Notes: generated by a model from the sequence alone, not told the origin. Positions 44,896 to 54,288 are shown, counted from the stretch's first letter. The stretch: 64,000 nt of DNA from Waddlia chondrophila WSU 86-1044 (GCA_945882915.1 CAMCWV010000002.1:43821-107820), one strand, 5' to 3'. Made by a program: numbers and translations.

Positions 44896-46821
44896 ATGCG
44901 TCGTTCCATTTGTATTTGTGAGCCACCTGTTGCTTTGGCTGGAGAAGTCTCCAATTGGAAGTTTAGCTATACTACTGCCATCAACCTCCACAAGGGGGCT
45001 CGTTTAAAATTTGATCTTGGTAGCCCCGGAAGAGAGATCGACTGGCAAGTCCCTCAAACCAGCCTCAAAAAGAGCTCTAATGTCATTTACGTTCGCAGCG
45101 GAAAGCATGTTATTGCCGCTCACGAAGTTGCTGTCCCAGAAAGCTTTGTCCCTCATTTTGAATTTACTCTCCCAGCCGAAGTGCATGCCGGCGACATTAT
45201 CGACATTATTCTAGGAGCCTCACCAGGACACGAAAATAATGCAAAAGGAGGCAACCGGGCGCAAACAACCGTTCAAAGGCGCAGACCCTTTCTTCTCTAT
45301 ATCGACCCTAAGGGTGTCGGCAACTACAAAGATCCCGAACTTTTTTCTTTAGACATTCGCGGCAACAAGCTCGATATTATACGGATCCTCGTCCCCTCTT
45401 TTGTCTCTAAGAACAAACGTTTTGATGTTACCATCCGCTTCGAAGACGAACACGGAAACCTCACTGCAAATGCCCCTGAGGGTACTTTAATCGAACTTTC
45501 TTACGAAAATCTCCGAGAAAACCTCAACTGGAAGCTCTTCGTTCCAGAAACCGGCTTCGTTGTTCTCCCCAACCTCTACTTCAACGAAGCAGGTATATAC
45601 AGAATACAACTCACAAACTTGAAATCAGGAGAAAAGTTTCTCTCCGCTCCAATCAAGTGCTTCTCTGAAAACGAAGAGAGCCTCTTCTGGGGAACGCTTC
45701 ACGGGGAATCCGAACGCGTTGACTCTACAGAAAATATCGAAAACTGCCTGCGCCATTTTCGTGATGACAAGGGCCTGCAGTTCTACGGCGTCTCTAACTT
45801 CGAAAGCGCAGAAGAGACCTCTAACGATCTCTGGAAGCTTGTTTCTCACCACGTTGCCGACTTCAACGAAGACGATCGATTTGTTGCACTCCCAGGAATG
45901 CAGTGGGCAGGCGAAGCTGGAGAAGAAGGAATTCGCCTTCTCGTCTACTCCAAAGACCAAAAACCAATTATCCGCAAGAAAGACTCTAAAACATCAAGCT
46001 TAAGCAAAATCTATAAGAACTCCTCTCCAAAAGAGCTTTTGTCGATCCCTAGCTTTACAATGGGAAAAGGGGTTGGCTACAATTTCAACGCCTTCTCTTC
46101 CGAGTTTGAGCGCGTGGTGGAAATTTATAACGCCTGGGGCTCTTCTGAGTGTACAAAGGCTGAAGGGAACACGCGTCCAATCCACAGCTCTGGCAAAATA
46201 GGGGTTCAAGAAGATGCTCAAGGATCTATCCAGAAAGCACTTCGCAATAACCATCGTTTTGGATTTATCGCTGGTGGCTTAGATGACCGCGGGATCTACG
46301 CAGAGCTATTTGCCGGAGACCAGGTTCAATACTCACCAGGCCTCACAGCGATCGTCGCCAAAACACATTCCAGAGATGGTTTGTGGAATGCGCTACATGC
46401 ACATTCTTGCTACGCAACTACAGGAGAGCGAATCATCCTCTCCTTCAACCTTTCTGGACACGTAATGGGCATTGAGCTCTCTACAGAAACAAAGCCCGGC
46501 CTTACAGCAAACCGCCATATCTCTGGCTTTGTTGTGGGCACAACGCGCCTGAAAACAGTAGAGATCCTCCGTAATGGGGTCCCCATCAAAACCTACAAGC
46601 CTGATGGTGACAGAATGGACTACTCTTACGATGACATGGATGAGCTTGATGACGCGGCGCTCCAGTCACCTGACCAGCGCCCACCTTTTGTTTACTACTA
46701 CCTACGGGTTACTCAAGCCGATGGCCACCTAGCCTGGAGCTCCCCTATCTGGATAGATGTTGTGGGAAAACCAATGGCGCCTGTAGTAAAAAAAGCAGCA
46801 AAAGCCAGTAAAAAAAAATAA
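44896..46821 (+). CDS. hypothetical protein (641 aa); weak resemblance to DUF3604/PHP-like metallohydrolases
   Basis: Long clean ORF. The motif FWGTLHGESERVD loosely recalls the (W/F)GDLH.H(S/T) start of DUF3604/PHP-type enzymes, but the His residues are not conserved. Lys-rich C-terminus. Confidence 0.45.
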   Translation: MRRSICICEPPVALAGEVSNWKFSYTTAINLHKGARLKFDLGSPGREIDWQVPQTSLKKSSNVIYVRSGKHVIAAHEVAVPESFVPHFEFTLPAEVHAGDIIDIILGASPGHENNAKGGNRAQTTVQRRRPFLLYIDPKGVGNYKDPELFSLDIRGNKLDIIRILVPSFVSKNKRFDVTIRFEDEHGNLTANAPEGTLIELSYENLRENLNWKLFVPETGFVVLPNLYFNEAGIYRIQLTNLKSGEKFLSAPIKCFSENEESLFWGTLHGESERVDSTENIENCLRHFRDDKGLQFYGVSNFESAEETSNDLWKLVSHHVADFNEDDRFVALPGMQWAGEAGEEGIRLLVYSKDQKPIIRKKDSKTSSLSKIYKNSSPKELLSIPSFTMGKGVGYNFNAFSSEFERVVEIYNAWGSSECTKAEGNTRPIHSSGKIGVQEDAQGSIQKALRNNHRFGFIAGGLDDRGIYAELFAGDQVQYSPGLTAIVAKTHSRDGLWNALHAHSCYATTGERIILSFNLSGHVMGIELSTETKPGLTANRHISGFVVGTTRLKTVEILRNGVPIKTYKPDGDRMDYSYDDMDELDDAALQSPDQRPPFVYYYLRVTQADGHLAWSSPIWIDVVGKPMAPVVKKAAKASKKK

Positions 46822-46854
46822 GTGTTAAAAACGGATTAAGCAAGCTATCTGACT

Positions 46855-47000
46855 GAAGCGTTTGGCCTCACAGGAAGGTAACGTGGACCGTCTCGGTCTG
46901 GGATTCAGATTGAGTCCATAACAGACCTTTGTTTATGAACCAAGCAAAAGCCCAGACCGAGACGGCCCACCTTACCTTCCTGTGAGGCCAAACGCTTAAG
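46855..47000. repeat. R2 long hairpin element
   Basis: gaagcgtttggcctcacaggaaggtaacgtggaccgtctcggtctggga ... cccagaccgagacggcccaccttaccttcctgtgaggccaaacgcttaag. Confidence 0.85.
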
Positions 47001-47078
47001 TTGGATGAATTTTATTCTGCCTATCTCGTAGCTGAAAACTTAGAAAACCATTGTTAGAAAACCTCTGGAGCACTACGA

Positions 47079-48194
47079 ATGACGACTGCTTGTTCTGAAG
47101 CTGATCTCTTAATAACAAGCATGCCAACCCCTCAGCTGGAAGCAATCGCTTCAAAAGTAGTGCAGGGGCAGCGCTTAAGTCCGTCTGAAGGGCTGCACGT
47201 CATGACAACTGAACATCGCGAAGCGCTGCGCAAGCTTGCTGACTACGCAAGAAAAGTAAAAGTGGGTGATGTTGTCACTTTCACATCAACTCTCTATATC
47301 CATCCTACAAACCTTTGTGAGCTCTCTTGCCCAATGTGCTCCTACTACGCCAAACCTGGCTGGAACTCGGCATGGCTTATGACCCCCGACCAGGTCGAAT
47401 CAAAAGTAAAAGAATTCAATCCCAAGGGGATCACCGAAGTCCACATCGTGGGAGGTCTATGGAGAGGCTGTGATCTTAGTTACTACCAAGACATCTTCGC
47501 CCGCATTAAGCAAATCAATCCTAAGCTCCACATCAAAGCGCTTACGCCAGTAGAATACGACTTTCTTGCTAAGCACCACGGAATAAGCGTTGAAGAGGTC
47601 TTCCACCGAATGATCAGCTGGGGGCTTGGCTCACTACCAGGTGGCGGCGCAGAGGTTCTTGTAGAAAAGATCCGCAAACAGCTCGCTCCCCAAAAGATCT
47701 CATCCGATGAATACCTCGACATTCACCGCACAGCCCACAGGCTTGGCCTCCCCTCCAATATCACCGTTCTTTTTGGCTCTGTCGAAGAAGACGAAGACCT
47801 TGTCACTCACATGTGTAGAGTTCGTGAACTGCAAGATGAAACAAAAGGCTTTCAAGCTTTCGTCCCTTTAAAGTATCACCTCGAAAACAATGCTCTTGGC
47901 AAGCGGCAGCAGCGAATGAAGCCCAAAGACATCTTCCGCGTCTATGCCACCTCACGCCTAATGCTAGACAACGTCCCAGATCTGCGCGTTCAATGGAACT
48001 ATGTCGGCATCGAGGAGGCACAGCAAATGCTTAATTGGGGTGCCAACCACTTCTCCGCCACCTCATTCGAAGAGAAAATCATTCTCATGGCTGGCGGCAC
48101 CACAGTAAAAATGACCCATGATGGCATATGCGAGCTCATCCGCAGCATGGGACGGATCCCCAAGCAAAGCACAGGCCATGCACATCGCGCCTAA
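47079..48194 (+). CDS. radical SAM enzyme of the MqnC/MqnE (CofH-like) menaquinone-via-futalosine family
   Basis: 371 aa. CX3CX2C cluster CELSCPMC, and overall length and layout of the CofH/MqnC/MqnE group. I cannot decide by eye which of MqnC or MqnE it is. Confidence 0.7.
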   Translation: MTTACSEADLLITSMPTPQLEAIASKVVQGQRLSPSEGLHVMTTEHREALRKLADYARKVKVGDVVTFTSTLYIHPTNLCELSCPMCSYYAKPGWNSAWLMTPDQVESKVKEFNPKGITEVHIVGGLWRGCDLSYYQDIFARIKQINPKLHIKALTPVEYDFLAKHHGISVEEVFHRMISWGLGSLPGGGAEVLVEKIRKQLAPQKISSDEYLDIHRTAHRLGLPSNITVLFGSVEEDEDLVTHMCRVRELQDETKGFQAFVPLKYHLENNALGKRQQRMKPKDIFRVYATSRLMLDNVPDLRVQWNYVGIEEAQQMLNWGANHFSATSFEEKIILMAGGTTVKMTHDGICELIRSMGRIPKQSTGHAHRA

Positions 48195-48215
48195 GCACAA
48201 CTGAAAAGAAAACCT

Positions 48216-49139
48216 ATGCCTCTTAATATTATTAAATCAGAGGACGGTGGGAGCAGAGCAACAGAAGCCCGAAGAGCCCCCAGGCAAAACAGAACTGATA
48301 TTCTGCGCGCGCAAATGGATAGGCAGTGGCTGCTTGCGCCAGAAAAACTAGACCCTTCAACAGACTGCTCTGGACTCGAGCGGATTAAAAGGGCCCAGGA
48401 GATCTTAACAAGACACCTCAATCTCCATCAAAAGCGTGTCCTGGATATTGGCTGCGGCATTGGGACTCTCAGCCGATTTTTACGCGATGCAGGGTCGACA
48501 GTGACAGCTGTAGACATCTCTGCAAACGCCCTTAAGAAGCTTCATAAAGTTGATAGTAGAGACATTGAAGTCCGTCAAGACGCCCTCCCAAACACAGCCC
48601 TTCAAGACAAAGCCTACGACCTTATTGTCTGCACAGAGGTCATTGCAGAGCTCAACACAGAACACCACAGACTCACCCTCTCGGAGCTAAGACGCCTTAC
48701 CCCAAAAGAGGGGCACCTGCTCTGCTCCACAGCTGTCGACACCCACTCAGAAAATGCCGTTCAACTTTTTTTGCAACTCGTCCTCACTGAATACGACATT
48801 GTCGAGGTGCTTGCCTCACATCACCTTCTGCACCTACGTCTTAAAAACCTTTTTGGGCTACCAGCAAAATACTGTAGAGCTTGGAACGACCCCGCCTACC
48901 GCCTGCGGCAAATAGAAAAGCGCTCAGGCTTTCATCGCTGGTGGTTTAAGGTAAATAGCAGCTCAAAAACGCTTGCAAAAGGATGGAAGTTTGCCAGCTA
49001 TTGCTGCGCTCCGAGTGTGAGAGCCTTTAAGCATGGACGTGGATTGCTGCTCTTTCTAGAAAAGGTAACACGTCTTGTTTGGGGCAATAAAGGGATCACC
49101 CACATCACCCTTCTTGCCGCCCCACGCCTCATCCAGTAG
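48216..49139 (+). CDS. class I SAM-dependent methyltransferase
   Basis: 307 aa. Motif I VLDIGCGIGTLSRFL and post-I VTAVDIS. Confidence 0.65.
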   Translation: MPLNIIKSEDGGSRATEARRAPRQNRTDILRAQMDRQWLLAPEKLDPSTDCSGLERIKRAQEILTRHLNLHQKRVLDIGCGIGTLSRFLRDAGSTVTAVDISANALKKLHKVDSRDIEVRQDALPNTALQDKAYDLIVCTEVIAELNTEHHRLTLSELRRLTPKEGHLLCSTAVDTHSENAVQLFLQLVLTEYDIVEVLASHHLLHLRLKNLFGLPAKYCRAWNDPAYRLRQIEKRSGFHRWWFKVNSSSKTLAKGWKFASYCCAPSVRAFKHGRGLLLFLEKVTRLVWGNKGITHITLLAAPRLIQ

Positions 49140-49167
49140 CGCAAAAAAAACGCAGAGAGAAAAAGAA

Positions 49168-49222
49168 AAGAACAGGATGGGCAAAATAATTATCCTGCCC
49201 ATCCTGTTCTTTCTTTTTCTTG
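49168..49222 (+). terminator. Rho-independent terminator after the methyltransferase gene
   Basis: Stem gaacaggatgggca / tgcccatcctgttc followed by tttctttttctt. Confidence 0.6.
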
Positions 49223-49311
49223 TTGAGGTGTTGTCAGCCGTGGAGTTTTGTGTTGTGTGAAAGCGGGCCGGTAGCTTATAATTGCCTGATCAATCCCCGT
49301 CGGACAATCTT

Positions 49312-49412
49312 GAGCCGGGGACCTCGTGGAATGAAACGGCCCGAACCAGGTCAGGATCGGAAGGTAGCAGCCTTAAGGGTTTAGTTTTGTGCCTTGAGAT
49401 AATCTCCGGCTC
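49312..49412 (+). ncRNA. ffs: signal recognition particle RNA (4.5S, small bacterial type)
   Basis: Domain IV motif ccaggtcaggatcGGAAggtagcagcc (compare E. coli CAGGUCAGGUCCGGAAGGAAGCAGCC). The terminal helix pairs gagccgggga with tctccggctc. Followed by a T7 run at 49413-49419. Confidence 0.8.
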
Positions 49413-49421
49413 TTTTTTTCT

Positions 49422-50099
49422 TTACTTCCCACCTTCTTTTTCACTCTCTTCCTTTCGAAAAGCTCTTTCTAGCTTCGACACCCATTTTCTAAGGGCATCT
49501 TCAGCATGAAATCCGGAAGCCTTCCCTTCTCTCATCAACTTCCACAAAGCCTCGCCAAGATCCTCTTCTGAGGCAAACAAAGGCGCCTGCGGCTCTATTT
49601 TAGGCAAATACTTTGCCTTAACAAGCTTACCCATCACCTTCTCAGCTCTTGCTAATGCTGGCAGATCTTTAGGAATGCCATCCAAAGCCCTTGTCCTGTG
49701 GGCGTTGCCAGGCTCGCTGCTCTTAATCTCTTCCCAACGCTCATGAAGGGCCTGTGTTGTTGTCTCAAGCCCTACATTTTCAAAGATATGAGGATGGCGA
49801 CGGATGAGCTTTTCTTTTAAAGTATGGATTACTGCTGCTGCCTGAAAAAGCCCCTCTTTTTCACCCAATTGCGCCAGAAAAATAGCATTGTGAAGGACAT
49901 CTCCAATTTCTTCTTGAATCTTTTCCTTGTCACCAAGGTCAATTGCCTCCACAAGCTCAAACATCTCTTCAACAGCCCCGTGGCGTGTAGATGCAAGCGT
50001 TTGTTTTCGGTCCCAAGGACAGCCGTTTGGCCCCATAAGCCGGTCTAATACTCCAACTAACTGACCAAAAGCTTCAGCCATTTCTTCTACTTTACTCAT
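49422..50099 (-). CDS. mazG: nucleoside triphosphate pyrophosphohydrolase MazG
   Basis: 225 aa. CPWDRKQT, EEMFELVEAI, EIGDVL. Confidence 0.85.
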   Translation of the reverse strand: MSKVEEMAEAFGQLVGVLDRLMGPNGCPWDRKQTLASTRHGAVEEMFELVEAIDLGDKEKIQEEIGDVLHNAIFLAQLGEKEGLFQAAAVIHTLKEKLIRRHPHIFENVGLETTTQALHERWEEIKSSEPGNAHRTRALDGIPKDLPALARAEKVMGKLVKAKYLPKIEPQAPLFASEEDLGEALWKLMREGKASGFHAEDALRKWVSKLERAFRKEESEKEGGK

Positions 50100-50155
50100 C
50101 CTGCTTTCCTCTCAATCTTAAATTACACCCCGTATATCTTATGCGCGGTTGAATT

Positions 50156-50668
50156 ATGAGACAACAGTCTGCTACCATTATGCCCCACAAGAGGTTACCC
50201 ATGTCTATGCAGAAACATTTCACGGCGACTGTCTATATCATTAAAGAAGGGAAGGTTCTTCTTATCCACCACCGAAAGTTTAACAAGTGGCTCCCTCCTG
50301 GAGGCCATATAGATGAGAACGAAACGCCTACAGACGCTGCATGCCGTGAAGCAGAAGAAGAGACAGGTCTTAAAATTGAGCTCATCTCGCAAGAGAACAT
50401 CTGGATAGAACATTCGAATGCCAAAAGTCTGAAACGGCCCTATATGTGCCTGTTAGAAGAAATCCCCGCCCATGGGGGAAAGCCCGCCCACCAGCATATT
50501 GATTTTATCTACCTCGGCAGGCCAATCGGCGGAAAAGAAGCGGCTTGTCACCGAGAAATTGGGGATATGGGCTGGTTTACACTCAATGAGGTAAAAGCCT
50601 TAAAGGTAGGCGACGAAATCTTCAAAGAGACCCAAGAAAGCATCCAGGCGATTCTCTCGGTAAAATAA
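50156..50668 (+). CDS. NUDIX hydrolase
   Basis: Nudix box GGHIDENETPTDAACREAEEETGL. The true start may be the internal MSMQKHF (about 50201). Confidence 0.8.
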   Translation: MRQQSATIMPHKRLPMSMQKHFTATVYIIKEGKVLLIHHRKFNKWLPPGGHIDENETPTDAACREAEEETGLKIELISQENIWIEHSNAKSLKRPYMCLLEEIPAHGGKPAHQHIDFIYLGRPIGGKEAACHREIGDMGWFTLNEVKALKVGDEIFKETQESIQAILSVK

Positions 50669-50685
50669 TCTCCTGCAATCTATGC

Positions 50686-50860
50686 ATATATTCCTCTTAG
50701 CTGAAAACGGGAATTTGGACCGCGCGAAAGCCGCGTTTTCAGCTAAGCGGAGTGTAGGTTATGATGCTGAACAATCTGTCACGGCTTCTCCGTTTAATCG
50801 CGCGGCTTTCGCGCTATCTGAGCCTGTCATTTGAGATTTAATCGACTATAAAGAGAGCTC
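50686..50860. repeat. R1 short form (50686-50757) + R7-end fragment + R5 arm (50818-50860)
   Basis: atattcctcttagctgaaaacgggaatttggaccgcgcgaaagccgcgttttcagctaagcggagtgta. Then aacaatctgtcacggcttctccgtttaatcgcgcggctttcgcg. Then tctgagcctgtcatttgagatttaatcgactata. Confidence 0.8.
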
Positions 50861-50915
50861 TTGCTCTTTATTAACAAATATCTTTACATCGAGCTCTCTT
50901 TACTATGGAGCTTTA

Positions 50916-52088
50916 ATGACTTTTCCTCACGTGACTCTCTCCCAGTTTTTCTTATCTGCGGCACTGCTCTTTTCTCCGTTTGCACTTACAGCTCAAGATA
51001 AAGAATCTCTTGTAGATGAAAGTGCCCCCCCTAAAACGACAATCACAACCGTTCCAAAGCTCTCAACTGAGGAGACTATTTGGATTCACCTCGATAGCGA
51101 CAACTGGAAAGTAGCCCGCAGCGAAACAGGTGATGACTTTGGACTTGTCGAGCTCGTTCGTCCTTCAGAAAACATTCTTAACTGGACAGAGCTAGTCTCT
51201 ATCCACTGGTACAACAACAGCGAGATCTCTGCCTCGCAGTGGGCTTCTGCTTTCCTACAGGGAATCAAAGCCTCTGTAATGGACCAAGGCACAGAAAGGC
51301 AAAAAATATTCAAATCTAAAAAAAGCAAGAAAAGCGATTCCGTCTTCTTCCAATGGATGATCTTAGAAGACGGCTTACCAAACAACCAATTTGAGCTAGT
51401 TCGGGCGACTAAAACAGGAACAACTCTCTGGATTGCCAGCTACACGACCAAAAACACCCAGAACCTCGTCCAAACAAAAAAAACCTGGATCCCACTTCTT
51501 CAAGAACTTGCTGTAACCACTCCTGAAGCCCCCAACCCTGTTGAAGACGACCCCAGGCTTTGGTATTCCGTTTCTAACCGCAGTCCGAAGAGTGCTGATG
51601 ATAGCGAGTCGGTTTGCTCTCCTCCTGTCGGCTGGTATGGCAACGATGAAAAGGGATTTGCGATGTCTCTTCCTGAAAACTGGAAATATGTCGAGGTAGA
51701 CGATGATTTTAGAAAAGAGCTACACAATAGCACTATCGTACTACTGGCAACCCCTCATGACGAAAAGGCGCTGATCTCTATTTCTATTGTAGAGGCTCCA
51801 GCTGAAGTCACTAACCTCAAAGAACTCTATAAGCACGAGCTCTCAGAATCTCTTAAGTCGTCTGATAAAGTAACGATTGGTAAGAATGGCCAAATGACAA
51901 CCCTGCAAGGCAAGCTTTTTGACTATTATGTCGCCACAACCTCTGATGAGAACAAGACTATGACATTTGTCGCTTCGTGCCTAGAAGGACAGCGGATTTT
52001 CAGCATTCACTGTTCTTGCCCAGCAAAGGACTTTGCTGATTACGAAAGAACCTTTGAAGAAATTGCCTCTAACTTCATATTTTTTTAA
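50916..52088 (+). CDS. hypothetical secreted protein (390 aa)
   Basis: N-terminal signal-like sequence MTFPHVTLSQFFLSAALLFSPFALTAQ. No recognisable domain. Confidence 0.5.
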   Translation: MTFPHVTLSQFFLSAALLFSPFALTAQDKESLVDESAPPKTTITTVPKLSTEETIWIHLDSDNWKVARSETGDDFGLVELVRPSENILNWTELVSIHWYNNSEISASQWASAFLQGIKASVMDQGTERQKIFKSKKSKKSDSVFFQWMILEDGLPNNQFELVRATKTGTTLWIASYTTKNTQNLVQTKKTWIPLLQELAVTTPEAPNPVEDDPRLWYSVSNRSPKSADDSESVCSPPVGWYGNDEKGFAMSLPENWKYVEVDDDFRKELHNSTIVLLATPHDEKALISISIVEAPAEVTNLKELYKHELSESLKSSDKVTIGKNGQMTTLQGKLFDYYVATTSDENKTMTFVASCLEGQRIFSIHCSCPAKDFADYERTFEEIASNFIFF

Positions 52089-52089
52089 T

Positions 52090-52163
52090 TTATAGTCGAT
52101 TAAATCTCAAATGATAGGCTGAGACCGTTGTCTCAGCCTATCATTTGAGATTTAATCGACTAT
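52090..52163. repeat. R5 complete palindrome
   Basis: tatagtcgattaaatctcaaatgataggctgagac cgtt gtctcagcctatcatttgagatttaatcgactata. Sits between convergent genes. Confidence 0.9.
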
Positions 52164-52765
52164 AAAAACGGTGCTAGCTCCTCAGCAGAGATAGCTCCTT
52201 GACGTAAGATGGCCCATTTGTTTTGAGTGAAGCTCAAGACCGTGGAAGGGGTCCCTTTTCCTGTTTCGCGTCCCCCTAAGTCCAGGCCATCCAAAATAGG
52301 AAAATCATCCCCAAAAATACTTTCCACTTCGGTAGCTGTGAGCGCTGGAGGCTCTCCAGACAGATTTGCTGACGGAGCCACAAGCGGTCCTGTCTGTTCT
52401 AAAAGAGCAAGCACTGCGTCGTGGTTTGGGACGCGAAACCCCGCTGTCGAAAGGCCGGCACGAACAATCTCCAGGACAGATCCCTTTTTAACAGGCAGGG
52501 CAAGTGTTAATCCTCCTGGCCAAAAACAAGATGTAAGCTCCTTAAAATAAAGGGGCAGATCATCTGCAAATAAAGAAATTTGATCAGCGCTTGCAAGAAG
52601 AGTCACCAAAGGATTGCTGGAAGGGCGCCCTTTAATAATAAAAAGCTTCTCTACGGCAGCCTGGTCTGTTGCTAGCGCTGCAAGGCCATACACGGTATCT
52701 GTAGGGATAGCCACCACCTCACCCTGAAGAAGCAATTCAGCAGCCCTGGAAAGCGTAATAATCAT
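52160..52765 (-). CDS. tsaC: L-threonylcarbamoyladenylate synthase (YrdC/TsaC family)
   Basis: 201 aa. PTDTVYGLAA, SANLSGEP. Confidence 0.85.
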   Translation of the reverse strand: MIITLSRAAELLLQGEVVAIPTDTVYGLAALATDQAAVEKLFIIKGRPSSNPLVTLLASADQISLFADDLPLYFKELTSCFWPGGLTLALPVKKGSVLEIVRAGLSTAGFRVPNHDAVLALLEQTGPLVAPSANLSGEPPALTATEVESIFGDDFPILDGLDLGGRETGKGTPSTVLSFTQNKWAILRQGAISAEELAPFL

Positions 52766-52775
52766 GAATTAACCT

Positions 52776-52940
52776 GTACTCCTCTTAGTTGAAAATGGGG
52801 ATTTGGGCTAGCGCGAAAGCTCCCGCGGCTGAACGATCGTAAGTGCCTTAGTATCAGAAATACAAAGGGCGCTTGCGATCGTTCAGCCCCAGGGCTTTGG
52901 CGCCGTCCAAGTTCCCATTTTCAGCTAAGAGGAGTATATA
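52776..52940. repeat. R1 longest form with R8 (52827-52888)
   Basis: gtactcctcttagttgaaaatggggatttgggctagcgcgaaagctcccgc[R8]ccagggctttggcgccgtccaagttcccattttcagctaagaggagtatata. Confidence 0.9.
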
Positions 52941-52979
52941 AAAAAACAGGTGAAGCCTGCTTGGGCAAAGCCACTTTCT

Positions 52980-53255
52980 TTAGCCGCGGCAGTCGACGAG
53001 GATACCGGTGTCGCGATCTGTTAGCAAGCGATCATCACTCCCTGCTGCAGAAAAGAAAGGGGCCCCATCTTGCTTTAAGCGGGGCTGGCCTTGATTATTT
53101 TGGTAATAGAGAGAGGGGTCTCTTTGAGTGGAGTTGAAGGCTTCTTGAGTCTGCCAATAGCGCCCAGCTTTCTCTACAGGCTCCACAGTCGTTGAGCGCT
53201 GCTGGGTTATCTTTTTGACTTCGTCTGAAATATCCCCAATGACGTTAGCAGTCAT
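52980..53255 (-). CDS. hypothetical small polar protein (91 aa) immediately downstream of fliA
   Basis: The start context agaggagtatATG is identical to that of fliA. The sequence is Q/D/S/T-rich with few hydrophobic residues (disorder-like). Confidence 0.45.
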   Translation of the reverse strand: MTANVIGDISDEVKKITQQRSTTVEPVEKAGRYWQTQEAFNSTQRDPSLYYQNNQGQPRLKQDGAPFFSAAGSDDRLLTDRDTGILVDCRG

Positions 53256-53298
53256 ATACTCCTCTTTTATTACTAACTTACCTTTACTATAACTAATT

Positions 53299-54099
53299 TT
53301 ACATCATATTTGCAAACTCAGAAACAAACCACTGAAGGCGACCACGCATACGGTGGAGTGCCTTGCTGTGGATCTGAGAAACGCGGGACTCGCTAATCCC
53401 CATTAATTGACCTATCTCCTTAAGCATCAAGTTCTCGTAGTAATAAAGAACCAGAACTGTTCGTTCCTGCTCGGGCAGTTCCGTAACTGCTTTTTCCAAA
53501 AGTTGGTTAAACTCATTGCGGTCTGCCATGTCGTAACTGGTCAGCGCTTTGTCATCAGCTATGCGATCTGCCATCGAGACACTCTCTGGATCGTCAGTAA
53601 CCGTTGCATCCAAAGGAATCATCGTAGCAGGACGAACCCGGTGGTAGAGATCTTCGAGCTCTTCAGCCGAAATCCCCAAACGCTTTGAAAGCTCTCCGTC
53701 GGTCGGCTCCCTGCCCAGCTCATGCTGCAGTGCAAGCTGTGCCTTCCCTATTTGGTTAGCCTTCTGATGGACGCTGCGCGGAACCCAGTCCAAAGAGCGC
53801 ATCTCATCAATAATCGCCCCTTTAATCAATAAAATCGCGTAGGTTTCGAACTTATTCTTCATTGTAGGGTCATACTTCTCGATGGCCTTGATCAATCCCA
53901 AAACACCCGTGGAGTACATATCGTCTATCTTAACATGAGAAGGAAGACCAACAGCAAGACGACCAGCAACGTACTTTACGAGATGCAAGTACCTTGTAAT
54001 CAACTCATCGCGCAATCCTAGCACCTGAGTTTTTTTATATTCTTGCCAAAGCTCATTAGGGTGTCCGAGCTTCTTATTTTTGTCGTTTGTCTGTTTCAT
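53299..54099 (-). CDS. fliA: RNA polymerase sigma-28 factor (FliA/WhiG family)
   Basis: 266 aa. Region 2 YLHLVKYVAGRL / GVLGLIKAIEKYDP, the FliA hallmark LDWVPRS, and the region 4.2 HTH LKEIGQLMGISESRVSQIHSKAL. Confidence 0.9.
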   Translation of the reverse strand: MKQTNDKNKKLGHPNELWQEYKKTQVLGLRDELITRYLHLVKYVAGRLAVGLPSHVKIDDMYSTGVLGLIKAIEKYDPTMKNKFETYAILLIKGAIIDEMRSLDWVPRSVHQKANQIGKAQLALQHELGREPTDGELSKRLGISAEELEDLYHRVRPATMIPLDATVTDDPESVSMADRIADDKALTSYDMADRNEFNQLLEKAVTELPEQERTVLVLYYYENLMLKEIGQLMGISESRVSQIHSKALHRMRGRLQWFVSEFANMM

Positions 54100-54263
54100 A
54101 TACTCCTCTTAGCTGAAAACGGGAATTTGGACTAGTGCGAAAGCTCCCGCGGCTGAACGATCGTAAGTGCCTTATTATTAGAAATACAAAGGGCACTTGC
54201 GATCGTTCAGCCGCGCGGCTTTGGCGCCGTCCAAATTCCCGTTTTCAACTACGAGGAGTATAT
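54098..54263. repeat. R1 longest form with R8 (54151-54212), abutting the fliA start codon
   Basis: On the minus strand the element ends ...gctaagaggagtatATG, where ATG is the fliA start. Confidence 0.9.
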
Positions 54264-54288
54264 TTTCCACCAGATTTCTTAAGGTGTT

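Noticed and set aside
49413-49425. Overlap conflict between the SRP RNA and the mazG 3' end
   Set aside because: The RNA and its T-run end at about 49419, and the convergent mazG stop is at 49422. The two are adjacent and do not overlap.
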